Source of the DNA: a virus
Length of the DNA stretch: 64,000 nucleotides
Reading direction: 5' to 3' (one strand)
Virus record (IMG/VR): IMGVR_UViG_3300042447_000691
Part shown: one piece after another, positions 30,464 to 39,891 of the stretch
How the letters are laid out: the number at the start of each line of letters is the position of its first letter
How positions within the stretch are numbered: the first letter of the stretch is position 1
Notes under the pieces: generated by a model
What the model was told of the DNA's origin: nothing
What the model saw: the letters and a program-made list of their open reading frames with translations, nothing else
Database searches by the model: none
Program-made: the position numbers and the translations under genes

Positions 30464-31954
30464 ATGAAAAAATTAACACTAACAGGACAAACGTTAAATC
30501 AATTGTACAAATCTGTAGTTGAAAAAGACGTTGAAAACAGTTATAGACAATTTTTATCTACAAGAATTTCAGATATGGTTTTTACGTCTCCATATTTGTG
30601 TGATGGTTTTGGTGTTTCAGAAAAGTATAAAATAAGAATACTTTGTGAATTTAAAAAAGACGCCGATTTTAGGAAAAAAATAGACAGAGTACAGGCACTA
30701 TGTCAAGTTGTTGGTTACATAAAAAAATTCACAATAGATGCTATAAAAATACCTAATGTTGTTTTAATTGGTGATAGAAATGAATGGTTTGTTTTACACG
30801 TCAATGAAATATTTAATTACTTAAACTTAGATATTGATTGGAAAATTGCACCATCAGACGCTTACAAAAATCAAGTTTTGTTTAATGCTTTAATGGAAGA
30901 CGATAAAATTAATCCATTTGTTTTTGATGTTACTGAAATAGATCAAGTGGTTGATAAAATAAAAGACTTAGCAAAAAACGTTACAAGATTAATACCTATT
31001 ACTCCACAAAATATTACTGAAGTATTTTTGTATTTTGAAAAAAACGTCTTAGGAAAAAATAAACTTACAACAAATGAACTTGCTAATTTATTTGTTCAGA
31101 TTTTAATTAATCCTGACGATAATTACTTACATCCGGTTAAAAAAAGGAAGACTATTGTCACAAAATCGTTTAATGAAGTTCCGGTAAAAACAAGGGACTC
31201 GTTTAGTTCGTTTTTTAGTCACTTCGCTAATGAGTATAGTCCTACACAAAAAGAAGGTCTTACTGCGGTTGTTGACAGATTAATACAAGACGTTACAAGA
31301 CGTAAACAAGGTGAATTTTTTACACCGACAATATGGGTAGATAAAGCACACGAATATATAGCATCTGTTTATGGTGACGATTGGAAAGAAAAATATGTAG
31401 TTTGGGATCCAGCTTGGGGTACCGGTAATCTTACTCGTGATTATAAATTTAAGGAGTTATATGTATCGACATTAAATTATTCTGACATTCAGACTGCGGA
31501 CCAAATGAGTTATAATATGGGAGCAACAAAGTTTCAATATGATTTTTTGAATGATGATTATGATTTCTTGCCAAAGGGTTTGAGGGGGGCTATTGAGAGT
31601 GGAAAAGAGATTATTGCGTTGATGAATCCACCATATAAATTTTCGGGTAATGGTACGGGTAAAGGAGGGGTATTTGAATTACAAAATGTGACCCAAAAAG
31701 AAATGAAAGATAAAAATTTTGGAAAATCAGCAAATCAAATGTATCTCCAATTTTTATATAGGTTAAGTAATATGGGTAAAATACATTTATTATTTTTTTC
31801 AAATCCCACATTTTTAACTGGTTCAGGGTATTCTGTGTTTCGGGGGTTTTTTTTAAATAAATACGAATTTAAAAAAGGATTTATGATGAATGCTAAAGAA
31901 TTTGAAGGAACTAAAGAATGGGGTTTAACTTTTTCAATTTTTAATAAAAAATAA
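30464..31954 (+). CDS. type IIG-like restriction-modification enzyme, nuclease + N6-adenine methyltransferase part
   Basis: CDGFG...ILCEFK (PD-(D/E)XK), GEFFTP, VWDPAWGTGNL (motif I), MNPPY (motif IV). Confidence 0.75.
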   Translation: MKKLTLTGQTLNQLYKSVVEKDVENSYRQFLSTRISDMVFTSPYLCDGFGVSEKYKIRILCEFKKDADFRKKIDRVQALCQVVGYIKKFTIDAIKIPNVVLIGDRNEWFVLHVNEIFNYLNLDIDWKIAPSDAYKNQVLFNALMEDDKINPFVFDVTEIDQVVDKIKDLAKNVTRLIPITPQNITEVFLYFEKNVLGKNKLTTNELANLFVQILINPDDNYLHPVKKRKTIVTKSFNEVPVKTRDSFSSFFSHFANEYSPTQKEGLTAVVDRLIQDVTRRKQGEFFTPTIWVDKAHEYIASVYGDDWKEKYVVWDPAWGTGNLTRDYKFKELYVSTLNYSDIQTADQMSYNMGATKFQYDFLNDDYDFLPKGLRGAIESGKEIIALMNPPYKFSGNGTGKGGVFELQNVTQKEMKDKNFGKSANQMYLQFLYRLSNMGKIHLLFFSNPTFLTGSGYSVFRGFFLNKYEFKKGFMMNAKEFEGTKEWGLTFSIFNKK

Positions 31955-31955
31955 T

Positions 31956-32759
31956 ATGATAAATTTTGATATCTTGAAATCAAACGATAAGTTTGAAATT
32001 GAAAATTTAGGGGTAATTACATTATACGATACGGATAATCTAAATCCATTATCCGGATTTATTAAAAACACAAATTCTACAGAATTTTTTAAAATGAGTT
32101 TTGATAGTAATAATGTTTATAATAGTGGTCAAGGGGTCTATTTATTTAATACTATAGATAAAAATAACAAACGCAAAGTTAAAGTTGGTGGGGACAATTT
32201 TGGTGACGCTATGGTTGGATTTACTGCTAGAAAATTAATACCATTTACGTGGGTTAATGAATATTCTGAATATTTAAAACCTAACGTTGAAAATAAACAG
32301 TATGCGAATTTCAAAAATAATTCTGTTATTTATAGTCTTTTTAATTCTCAAAATTTGTTACAACCTAAAAACGAATTCTTTTGGATGTCAAAAGAAAAAA
32401 TGATGGAAATGGCAAATAACATTAACTACACCGAATTATACAACGACGCAAGAACCGATAATAACAGGTACGTACATAACCTACTATTCGGTGAAGAAAA
32501 CATTTATGAACAACTATCACCTGATGCTAAACTTGTATTGGATAAGGCTACAGAATTAACCATAAGGTCAATGACGATGAGAAGTCACTTCGCTGACAAC
32601 CACAATCACCTTAATAGTTGGGATGCTGGTTACGCACAACTTAAATTGGTATGGAAAGAATATTTTCCAAATGAGTTTAAAGAATTTAGACAACTTTATA
32701 AGAACTTGGAAGACAGAATGAGACCTTTAGTAAATGAACTTGGATTTTTATTAAAATAA
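31956..32759 (+). CDS. probable target-recognition/C-terminal part of the R-M enzyme
   Basis: Starts 1 nt after the MTase stop in the +1 frame. Ends in HLNSWDAGYAQLK...LEDRMRPLV.ELGFL. Confidence 0.55.
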   Translation: MINFDILKSNDKFEIENLGVITLYDTDNLNPLSGFIKNTNSTEFFKMSFDSNNVYNSGQGVYLFNTIDKNNKRKVKVGGDNFGDAMVGFTARKLIPFTWVNEYSEYLKPNVENKQYANFKNNSVIYSLFNSQNLLQPKNEFFWMSKEKMMEMANNINYTELYNDARTDNNRYVHNLLFGEENIYEQLSPDAKLVLDKATELTIRSMTMRSHFADNHNHLNSWDAGYAQLKLVWKEYFPNEFKEFRQLYKNLEDRMRPLVNELGFLLK

Positions 32760-32817
32760 TATGTACGGAATAACAAAAAAAATACTTATATTTGTAAAAC
32801 AATTTAAAAACATATTT

Positions 32818-33402
32818 ATGGCTAGACAGAGAAAAGTAACAAAACCCCAAGATAAGAGGTATATGTTATTTTTATATGGTGATTTTAGTGATGGTGATGA
32901 GTTAACAAACGAGATCAGCATGCAGTTTGTACCAGCAGTATCTTCTGAATTTTTAAAATTCACTTATGGTGAGTTTGGTGTTGTATTACACTTTAGAACT
33001 AAAGAACCGTTTGAGGACCTTAAAGACTATGTTGATATGGTGTTTAACGATATTACCGAACAATATTTCTTGGTTGAAGTATCGGGAGATGTTGATATTA
33101 AAATGCCAAGAAAACTTAAAAAAGACTTTTTAAATATAGACGGAGACATAAAGAAAGAAGAACCAAAAACAGGAGGGATAAAAGTAGATGAAGTAAGAGA
33201 CGATAGAAACCGAGACATTAAGAATATGTCGTTTGATATATTCTTACCAATGTTTGACCCCACCTCACCCTTTAATAAGGTACAAGAAGAGGTATTACCA
33301 ACAGTGGATGAAATTTTAGAGAAGATAACAGAGACAGGAATTGAATCATTAACAGAGAAAGAAAGAGAAATATTAGACAATTATGGAAAAAACAAAAAGT
33401 GA
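32818..33402 (+). CDS. hypothetical protein
   Basis: Start refined to MARQRKVTKP after the TATATTTG promoter at 32787. C-terminal VDEILEKITETGIESLTEKEREILD (DUF6576-like helix). Confidence 0.6.
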   Translation: MARQRKVTKPQDKRYMLFLYGDFSDGDELTNEISMQFVPAVSSEFLKFTYGEFGVVLHFRTKEPFEDLKDYVDMVFNDITEQYFLVEVSGDVDIKMPRKLKKDFLNIDGDIKKEEPKTGGIKVDEVRDDRNRDIKNMSFDIFLPMFDPTSPFNKVQEEVLPTVDEILEKITETGIESLTEKEREILDNYGKNKK

Positions 33403-34198
33403 GAACGTTAAATCGTCAAACCCTTTGAATCAAGATGAGATTCAGATTTATTTAAAAGACATTAGAAAACTAAAGGTTATGACACCTGATCGTGAGAAAG
33501 TCTTGGCACAAAAAATTGCGTCAGAGGACTGTACCGAACGAGAGAAAGAACAAATCCAAAAGGAGATGTTGGAAGGAAACCTTCGTTTTGTTATCACGGT
33601 GGCAAAACAATACCAAAATCAAGGGGTTGATTTATCGGACTTAATTGCTGAAGGTAACTTTGGTCTTATGAAAGCAATTAAAAACTTTGATTGGAGTAAA
33701 AATAACCGATTCATATCATATGCTGTATGGTGGATTAAACAATCCATTTTGCAATCCCTTAATGAGCATTCAAGAACAATTCGTCTTCCGGTTAATGTTG
33801 TTCAGGATATGCAAAGAGAAAAGAAAGAGAATGAAAAGACAAATAAAGAATTGTCTGACAAATTCGCAACCCTACCAAAAATGATTGATCTTGATATGCA
33901 CATCAACGAAGATGGGGACACCTTGATTGATATCATCAAAAATGAAAACGTGGAATCACCTGACGCTATATTCTCAACAAAAGATCTTTTAAAGGATAAG
34001 ATGATGAATATTATGGGTGTTTTGGATGAAAGAGAAAGAGTGATCGTTGAAGATTATTATGGAATTACCGGAACACCAAGAACATTGGAAGATATTGGAT
34101 CTGACTTTTCTTTAACAAAAGAACGTGTAAGACAAATTAAAGAGAAAGCTCTTCGTAAGTTAAGAAACGAATGTTCGGATTTATTTGAATATTTATGA
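33383..34198 (+). CDS. rpoD: RNA polymerase sigma70-family factor, Bacteroidota primary-sigma-like (no region 1.1)
   Basis: GNLRFVITVAKQYQNQG, FISYAVWWIKQSILQSL.EHSRTIRLP (region 2) and TLEDIG..FSLTKERVRQIKEKALRKLR (region 4 HTH). Confidence 0.9.
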   Translation: MEKTKSENVKSSNPLNQDEIQIYLKDIRKLKVMTPDREKVLAQKIASEDCTEREKEQIQKEMLEGNLRFVITVAKQYQNQGVDLSDLIAEGNFGLMKAIKNFDWSKNNRFISYAVWWIKQSILQSLNEHSRTIRLPVNVVQDMQREKKENEKTNKELSDKFATLPKMIDLDMHINEDGDTLIDIIKNENVESPDAIFSTKDLLKDKMMNIMGVLDERERVIVEDYYGITGTPRTLEDIGSDFSLTKERVRQIKEKALRKLRNECSDLFEYL

Positions 34199-34250
34199 TA
34201 AAAAATTTGGCGGATTGGAATAAACACCATATATTTGTATAACAAACAAA

Positions 34251-34385
34251 AAGGGTTAAAATTCACCGATTAATTATAGGTGATGGGTTAAGTAGAAGTG
34301 ATTTAGGAAGAAACGAGCCTAAGTCGATAGGAAGATGGAAGACGATTCAGATACTAATATTCTATCCTACTTAATCAACCCAAAT
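34251..34385 (+). ncRNA. candidate structured small RNA (multi-helix junction)
   Basis: Host promoter at 34230-34237. Helices 34263-67/34279-83, 34286-95/34367-76, 34300-07/34318-25 and 34326-32/34360-66. No ORF. Confidence 0.5.
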
Positions 34386-34748
34386 TGTTAGTTGTGGTCT
34401 CCCAGAAGTTTCTTTATAGTAAGCCGACTTAACAATCAATAAAAAATTATACGGATCCTCTTCCTTTAATACTACAGGAACAAATAAACCTGTTGATCTA
34501 CTTCTTATAATAATATCCTCATTATCAGAAACCTCATTTAAAATTATCTTACCAGTTAATTCATCAATTGCTAATTCAATAAGAGCTTTTATTGTTTTAC
34601 TTTCAATACCCCTTTCTTTTTGCCTACCTTCAGCATGACTACGATTATCAACTTTAACATCATATGTAATAAAAATTTGAGAACGTAGTTGGGCAATTCT
34701 TTTCTCAAGTAATAAATGTTTTCTAATTGACTCTCTGAGTAGTGACAT
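34371..34748 (-). CDS. leader-family late protein
   Basis: MSLLRESIRKHLLLE; TACTTAT motif on the minus strand at 34766-34772, back-to-back with TATTTAT at 34771. Confidence 0.65.
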   Translation of the reverse strand: MSLLRESIRKHLLLEKRIAQLRSQIFITYDVKVDNRSHAEGRQKERGIESKTIKALIELAIDELTGKIILNEVSDNEDIIIRSRSTGLFVPVVLKEEDPYNFLLIVKSAYYKETSGRPQLTIWVD

Positions 34749-34795
34749 ATTGATTAATCTTTATTATAAGTATTTATTAATTATAGTTTAATAAT

Positions 34796-35989
34796 ATGAA
34801 AGAGAAATTTTTACCTTGGTTTTTATTATTTTGTGCTTTAGGGTTGTCAGGGACTGCAGCCTATTATAGTGTTGTCGGACTATCAATAGTGTTTGTTGGT
34901 GTGGCATTACCCGTTATTATTATGGGAACGTTCCTTGAGATATCAAAGATTGCAATTGCAACATACCTACACGATAAGTGGAAAGAAACGTATGGTGTGT
35001 TAAAGATTTATTTAACCATTGCCCTTGTTACATTATCACTAATAACTTCACTTGGTATATATGGGCTTTTAAGTACTGGATTTCAGGGAAACATTGCAAA
35101 ACTAGAAATCAATGAGAAACAAGTTAAAAATGTTGAGGTCAAAAAGAAACGTTTTGAGGAGATAAAGACCGAATTAACGAAAGAAAAAACCACACTTGAT
35201 GGTGATATTACAAAATTAAGAGATGGTCTCTCTAATAACACCACAACACAGTCTGTTGATCGTAAGACAGGTCAATTAATCACAAAGGAAAATAATAACA
35301 ATAGAAAATCATTTGAGTTACAACTAACCCAAGCACAAATAAGAAGAGACACTATAACTAAAAGAATAGATAATATGAATGATAGTATAACTAAACTAGA
35401 TGTTGATATTTTAAATATGGAGTCAGAAGAAATATCAGGAAGTGAGTTAGGTGCTTTAAAATATGTTAGCGAATTACTTGATTGGGACGTTAAACGAACC
35501 GCAAATCTTTTTATTTTAATTCTGATATTTGTGTTTGATCCATTGGCAATCACATTAGTTATTGCAACAAACCAAGCGTTTAAAGGAAAAAGAAAAGACA
35601 AAAATTCAGAGAGGGACAACAATGTCCCTAACAAAGAAGAGACCATACATGATACAATACATGATACCATACATGATACCATACATGATGAGGTTGAAGT
35701 AACCGCACAAGATAGTAACCAAGTAAGTGACCAAGTACCGACCAGGTATCGACCAAGTACCGACCAAGTAAAAAGGGTATGGGAAAAGGTTAAAAAATTA
35801 AAAGAAGAAGGAAAACAAACGAAGGATTACACTCCACAAGAAATGGAGGATTACTTTGAAAGGGAGGATCTGATTGATTTACAAAAAATAGAAGAAAAAC
35901 CAATAGAAGAACCTAAAGTTCAAGTTGAACCTAAACGACTTTCATATTTAAATAGAGATGGTGGATCTTTCAGAATCAATAGAATTTAA
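34796..35989 (+). CDS. membrane-anchored coiled-coil protein (DUF4407-like, FVFDPLA motif)
   Basis: Three N-terminal TM helices, long coiled coil, then TM ILIFVFDPLAITLVIA. Confidence 0.65.
   Translation: MKEKFLPWFLLFCALGLSGTAAYYSVVGLSIVFVGVALPVIIMGTFLEISKIAIATYLHDKWKETYGVLKIYLTIALVTLSLITSLGIYGLLSTGFQGNIAKLEINEKQVKNVEVKKKRFEEIKTELTKEKTTLDGDITKLRDGLSNNTTTQSVDRKTGQLITKENNNNRKSFELQLTQAQIRRDTITKRIDNMNDSITKLDVDILNMESEEISGSELGALKYVSELLDWDVKRTANLFILILIFVFDPLAITLVIATNQAFKGKRKDKNSERDNNVPNKEETIHDTIHDTIHDTIHDEVEVTAQDSNQVSDQVPTRYRPSTDQVKRVWEKVKKLKEEGKQTKDYTPQEMEDYFEREDLIDLQKIEEKPIEEPKVQVEPKRLSYLNRDGGSFRINRI
35642..35689 (+). repeat. 12-bp tandem repeat x4 (accatacatgat)
   Basis: Encodes TIHD x4. Confidence 0.9.
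35718..35770 (+). repeat. 11-bp tandem repeat array (accaagtaccg)
   Basis: accaagtaagtg, accaagtaccg, accaggtatcg, accaagtaccg, accaagta. Confidence 0.85.
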
Positions 35990-36554
35990 ATCAGAAGGGA
36001 TATCTGAAAAAAAAACACAAATAATACTTTCCGAAACTAAACGGTCAGCTAAAAATTACATAAACTCTTTAAAATATAGGTATAACAGTAAAAACCCTTA
36101 TATACCAAACTATGTAATTGATAAAGAAGGTGAAATATATAAGATTTTAGACGATAAAAAGTATTCAAAATACATGGATAGTGAGGTAGTTAATAAACGG
36201 GCCGTTATTGTTGTTTTAGAAAATTACGGTTGGTTATTAAAAAATGCACTTGAAAACACATATGTAAATTATGTTGGTGATATTTATAAAAAAGACATAT
36301 TTAAAAAAAAGTGGAGAGACCACGATTATTGGGATAAATACGAAGAAAAACAAATAAACGTGTTATCCGAACTTTTAAGTGACATATGTAATAAAATGAA
36401 TATTGAAAAGGAATGTATTGGAACTAATGTTAGATATAATGAAGTCACAAACTTTAAGGGAATTGTTTCCAAAAGTAACTATGATTTCATCTATAAAGAC
36501 TTAAATCCATCGTTTAACTTTGAATTATTAACAAAACTTTTAAAAAATGAGTAA
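35958..36554 (+). CDS. Amidase_2-fold protein with degenerate Zn ligands
   Basis: QIILSET...PNYVIDKEGEIY...AVIVVLEN...Q...LSELL..IC follows the amidase pattern, but the His ligands are replaced. Confidence 0.55.
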   Translation: MVDLSESIEFKSEGISEKKTQIILSETKRSAKNYINSLKYRYNSKNPYIPNYVIDKEGEIYKILDDKKYSKYMDSEVVNKRAVIVVLENYGWLLKNALENTYVNYVGDIYKKDIFKKKWRDHDYWDKYEEKQINVLSELLSDICNKMNIEKECIGTNVRYNEVTNFKGIVSKSNYDFIYKDLNPSFNFELLTKLLKNE

Positions 36555-37113
36555 TCAGTACGAAGAAATTAAAAACCTATTAAAGAAAACGAGACTTCTT
36601 AAAGAACAAGCCGAGAGAATAAACATGGCTAAAAGTATCGAAAATAATATATCTGACGATGAACAAGAATATGAAACCGCTGACGGTGAAAATGAGGTTG
36701 AAGATGTTGTTAAAAAAGATAAAAGCAAATCTTATAGAATTTCGGGAGGACTTTTAACTTTACACGGTAAAGAAAAAAAGGACATAGAACTTACAAGTGA
36801 CGAAAAAACAGCATACCAAGAAACTATGGATGAGTTTGTTTCTGAAGTTTCTGATTTGTCTGACTTTGGTGTTCTAAACATGTATCCAAATGAAGTACAA
36901 TGGAGTGGTAAGGTAATTGATTTTGATTTGGAGTTCTTCTTTTCTATCGGAGAAGAGAATGGTGTTTACATCAACGGAGATATGATAAAATTAGATGAGA
37001 AACTAACAGAACTGGTATCCAAATTAACAAGTTACTATGAAAAGTTTAAATCCAAATGGGCTAAAGTAATCGTCGGAAGAAAGAAAACTCAATTTAAAAA
37101 AGAAGAAGAATGA
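36547..37113 (+). CDS. hypothetical protein
   Basis: 188-aa ORF coupled to its neighbours. Confidence 0.6.
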   Translation: MSNQYEEIKNLLKKTRLLKEQAERINMAKSIENNISDDEQEYETADGENEVEDVVKKDKSKSYRISGGLLTLHGKEKKDIELTSDEKTAYQETMDEFVSEVSDLSDFGVLNMYPNEVQWSGKVIDFDLEFFFSIGEENGVYINGDMIKLDEKLTELVSKLTSYYEKFKSKWAKVIVGRKKTQFKKEEE

Positions 37114-37463
37114 AAAACTTTGTAAAAAAATATTTTAAAGAAATTTTATTGGTAATTATGGTAATCGCCTTAATTTTTCTTTTAATTAACATTTTCACAC
37201 CAAAACCAGAAATGTCTGAGTTGGATAAATATAAGTTAGATCAGTTAAATAAAGACATTCATTTAATTATTGAAAATCAAAAAAAATTAGATAAACAAAT
37301 TGAAAGTTATAAAAAGGAACTATCACACATAGACTCAACGATTGCCAAAGTACAAAATCAAAAAACAATAATAAAAGAATATTATAAAGAAAAAGGTGAA
37401 AAAATTTCAGGTATGAAACCATCTGAGATTGATAGTCTTTTTCATAAACGATATAACTATTAA
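37110..37463 (+). CDS. N-terminal TM + coiled-coil protein (i-spanin-like)
   Basis: ILLVIMVIALIFLLINIF followed by heptads. Confidence 0.5.
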   Translation: MKNFVKKYFKEILLVIMVIALIFLLINIFTPKPEMSELDKYKLDQLNKDIHLIIENQKKLDKQIESYKKELSHIDSTIAKVQNQKTIIKEYYKEKGEKISGMKPSEIDSLFHKRYNY

Positions 37464-37464
37464 A

Positions 37465-37872
37465 ATGAAAAAAATATTAATTATCCTTTTGTTTTTACCT
37501 ATGATGGTATTATCACAAAAAGTAAAAACAGACACCACCGTTATTTGTATACCTTACAAGGCAGCTAAACAAATGGCTTTAGACCTTAACCGTTTAGACT
37601 CTTTAACTGCCGTACATAATTTAACAGTAACCGAATTATCACAGACACAAAACAAAGTTACTTTTCAAGATAAGATTATTTCCATTATGGAGCAAAAAGA
37701 AAATAACTATGAATTACAAATAGAAAAAGAAAAAGAAAAATTTGTAATAGTTGAGGGGCAAAATGAAGATTTAAGAAACCAAGTTAAAAAACTAAAAACA
37801 AAAAATAGTTTTATTGAAATTATAGGAGGAGCGTTGCTTACGACATTAACAATATTCTCAATTCTTAAATAA
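37465..37872 (+). CDS. signal-peptide + coiled coil + C-terminal TM protein (spanin-partner-like)
   Basis: MKKILIILLFLPMMVLS|Q; C-terminal IIGGALLTTLTIFSILK. Start refined to ATG 37465. Confidence 0.5.
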   Translation: MKKILIILLFLPMMVLSQKVKTDTTVICIPYKAAKQMALDLNRLDSLTAVHNLTVTELSQTQNKVTFQDKIISIMEQKENNYELQIEKEKEKFVIVEGQNEDLRNQVKKLKTKNSFIEIIGGALLTTLTIFSILK

Positions 37873-38120
37873 TGGCACTAACACCCTCAGAAAAAAAAGA
37901 ACTGGAAGCGATGGTGAGAAAAGAAATAAAAGACTTTCTTGGAGAACCAACAGTAAAAAAATTTGAAAGTTCTTTAGTAAAAAAAATTGGTAAGGAATTA
38001 AAAAGTGGTGAATTAAGACCCGATTTTAATGAAATATTTACAAATATGATGGCCGAGTTTTATTACACTATGTGGACTAGAAAGAATACTTGGCAGAGTA
38101 GTTTAAAAAATAAAAAATAA
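37872..38120 (+). CDS. hypothetical protein
   Basis: TAATG-coupled ORF. Confidence 0.6.
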   Translation: MALTPSEKKELEAMVRKEIKDFLGEPTVKKFESSLVKKIGKELKSGELRPDFNEIFTNMMAEFYYTMWTRKNTWQSSLKNKK

Positions 38121-38635
38121 TGAATAAGTTAATAGACGATTTAATTAAAGAAGCATTAAAAAAACTTAATGATGAACCTAAAGAAGCAACAGGAACGGGT
38201 TCTGCTGGTGGGTTTAATGGTCCTGCGTTTAGTATGTGGTCAGAAGATGATGAGGCAAAGTTGGAATATAAAAAAGGTGAACCTGTTGAGGGTGAATTTA
38301 CTGAAGCCACAGGATCGGGATCTGTTGGTGCTTACGACGCACCTGGATTTGAAGACGTAAACATGAGAGGAAACAATCCTGTTGGTCGTGGAAGGTCGTT
38401 TAAAAAAACACAAATACCTGGCGGAGGATTTGTTAAAATACAAGATAAGTGTGGTAAATATAACAATAAACCTTGGTGTAGCCAAGGTAATAGTAAAGAC
38501 AAGCCGGTAAAACTAACCAAAATCGCTAAAGAGTCACCACTAAATGAGGCGATCAACAACGTATCAATGAGGACTGGATTAAGTGTTGAACGAATAAAAA
38601 ATATAATAATGAATACAATTAATAGCGATTTATAA
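38120..38635 (+). CDS. Gly-rich head-associated-like protein
   Basis: Repeated EATG(T/S)GS(A/V)G motifs after E; leader-like LIKEAL. Confidence 0.55.
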   Translation: MNKLIDDLIKEALKKLNDEPKEATGTGSAGGFNGPAFSMWSEDDEAKLEYKKGEPVEGEFTEATGSGSVGAYDAPGFEDVNMRGNNPVGRGRSFKKTQIPGGGFVKIQDKCGKYNNKPWCSQGNSKDKPVKLTKIAKESPLNEAINNVSMRTGLSVERIKNIIMNTINSDL

Positions 38636-38656
38636 GTAAGGCGATATTTATTCTAT

Positions 38657-39853
38657 ATGGAAAGTAATGCGATTAATATTATAAATAAAATTGTTTCTGA
38701 GGAAATAAAAAATAGGGTTTATTCATTAAAAAATAAAATTTTTGAAAACAAAAATATGAAAAAAGGTATGTGTGAAGAATGTGGTTCTGGAAAAATGTAC
38801 GAAGGTATGTGTTCAGAATGTGGTTATTCTGAAAGTGAAGTTAAAGAAAATACAGAAAAAGGTATGTGTGAAGAATGTGGTTCTGGAAAAATGTACGAAG
38901 GTATGTGTTCAGAATGCGGTTATTCTGAGGGGGAAGTTAAAGAAGGTAAAAGCCTATCTAAAGGACAAAAATATATTGCAAGACAGGCAAAACCATACGA
39001 CAAAATAGACGGTGAAGATTTTAAAAAGTTAAGATCAAATAAATCAGAAGTAAAAGAAAGACTTTACGGAAGACAAAGTAGGATTGATGCTAATAAAAAT
39101 AATAAAATAGATTCTGAAGATTTTAAAATATTAAGAAGAAAAAGAACGGATGAGAGTGTTACGTATAAATTGGTTTTAGATGAGTCAACAAACGAGGTAT
39201 TCTATTTTAAAGAAAATGAAGTTATAAATATTATTGAAAATATAGTTTTAGAAGAAAAGAAAAAGAAAACATCTAAAATACCAAATATAACCAAAGACTC
39301 ACAAAACAAATCTAAAAAAGAAAATGACGATTATCTTGAAAGTGTTGTTAAAAAAATGAAAGATTATTTAAAGGCAGGATCTAAAGGTAATTATGAAACA
39401 AACCCTAAACACTTCCCTAAAGGTAACGGTGAGTTAGATAAAATGGAAAAGATGGCTTATATGCCGTCAAATTCTGTTGAGGAATATATTGATAATTTTA
39501 CCGCAGCTGGTTTAGAGAACTTAGATTACGATGAGATCCACCCTAATGAAGATTGGGTTAATGATTTGTTAGTTGGATCATCAAGAACAGGTAATAACCC
39601 TGAATGGGGTAATGCGGTAGAGACACCAGCAAACACAAAAAGAAATAAAATAAGAAAGGATAATTTACTTGCTAAACTAAAAAGAAAGGCATATAATAAA
39701 TCACCACAACCTGTTGTTAATGATAATACAGGTAATCAAACGGATAATGCGTCTAAAATCATGATGAAATTAGAGTCTAAGGAAGAAAAATTGGTTTTAG
39801 AAGATATCAAAAAGATAAAAAACCTACTTTCATACGGTAAAAAAACACAATAA
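38657..39853 (+). CDS. late/head protein with duplicated CxxC module and EF-hand-like loops
   Basis: (KGMCEECGSGKMYEGMCSECGYSE.EVKE)x2; DKIDGEDF and DANKNNKIDSEDF. Late motif at 38645. Confidence 0.6.
   Translation: MESNAINIINKIVSEEIKNRVYSLKNKIFENKNMKKGMCEECGSGKMYEGMCSECGYSESEVKENTEKGMCEECGSGKMYEGMCSECGYSEGEVKEGKSLSKGQKYIARQAKPYDKIDGEDFKKLRSNKSEVKERLYGRQSRIDANKNNKIDSEDFKILRRKRTDESVTYKLVLDESTNEVFYFKENEVINIIENIVLEEKKKKTSKIPNITKDSQNKSKKENDDYLESVVKKMKDYLKAGSKGNYETNPKHFPKGNGELDKMEKMAYMPSNSVEEYIDNFTAAGLENLDYDEIHPNEDWVNDLLVGSSRTGNNPEWGNAVETPANTKRNKIRKDNLLAKLKRKAYNKSPQPVVNDNTGNQTDNASKIMMKLESKEEKLVLEDIKKIKNLLSYGKKTQ
38761..38944 (+). repeat. tandem duplication, 96-bp period
   Basis: 38761-38848 is nearly identical to 38857-38944. 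Confidence 0.9.
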
Positions 39854-39891
39854 GTCTTTTGTTTTAAAAAGGTCCGTATTATTATTGTTAC

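Noticed and set aside
7078-38944. CRISPR array or diversity-generating retroelement suggested by repeats
   Set aside because: Repeats are coding tandem units without unique spacers. There is no cas or reverse transcriptase gene, and the duplicated fibre segments do not show adenine-specific differences.
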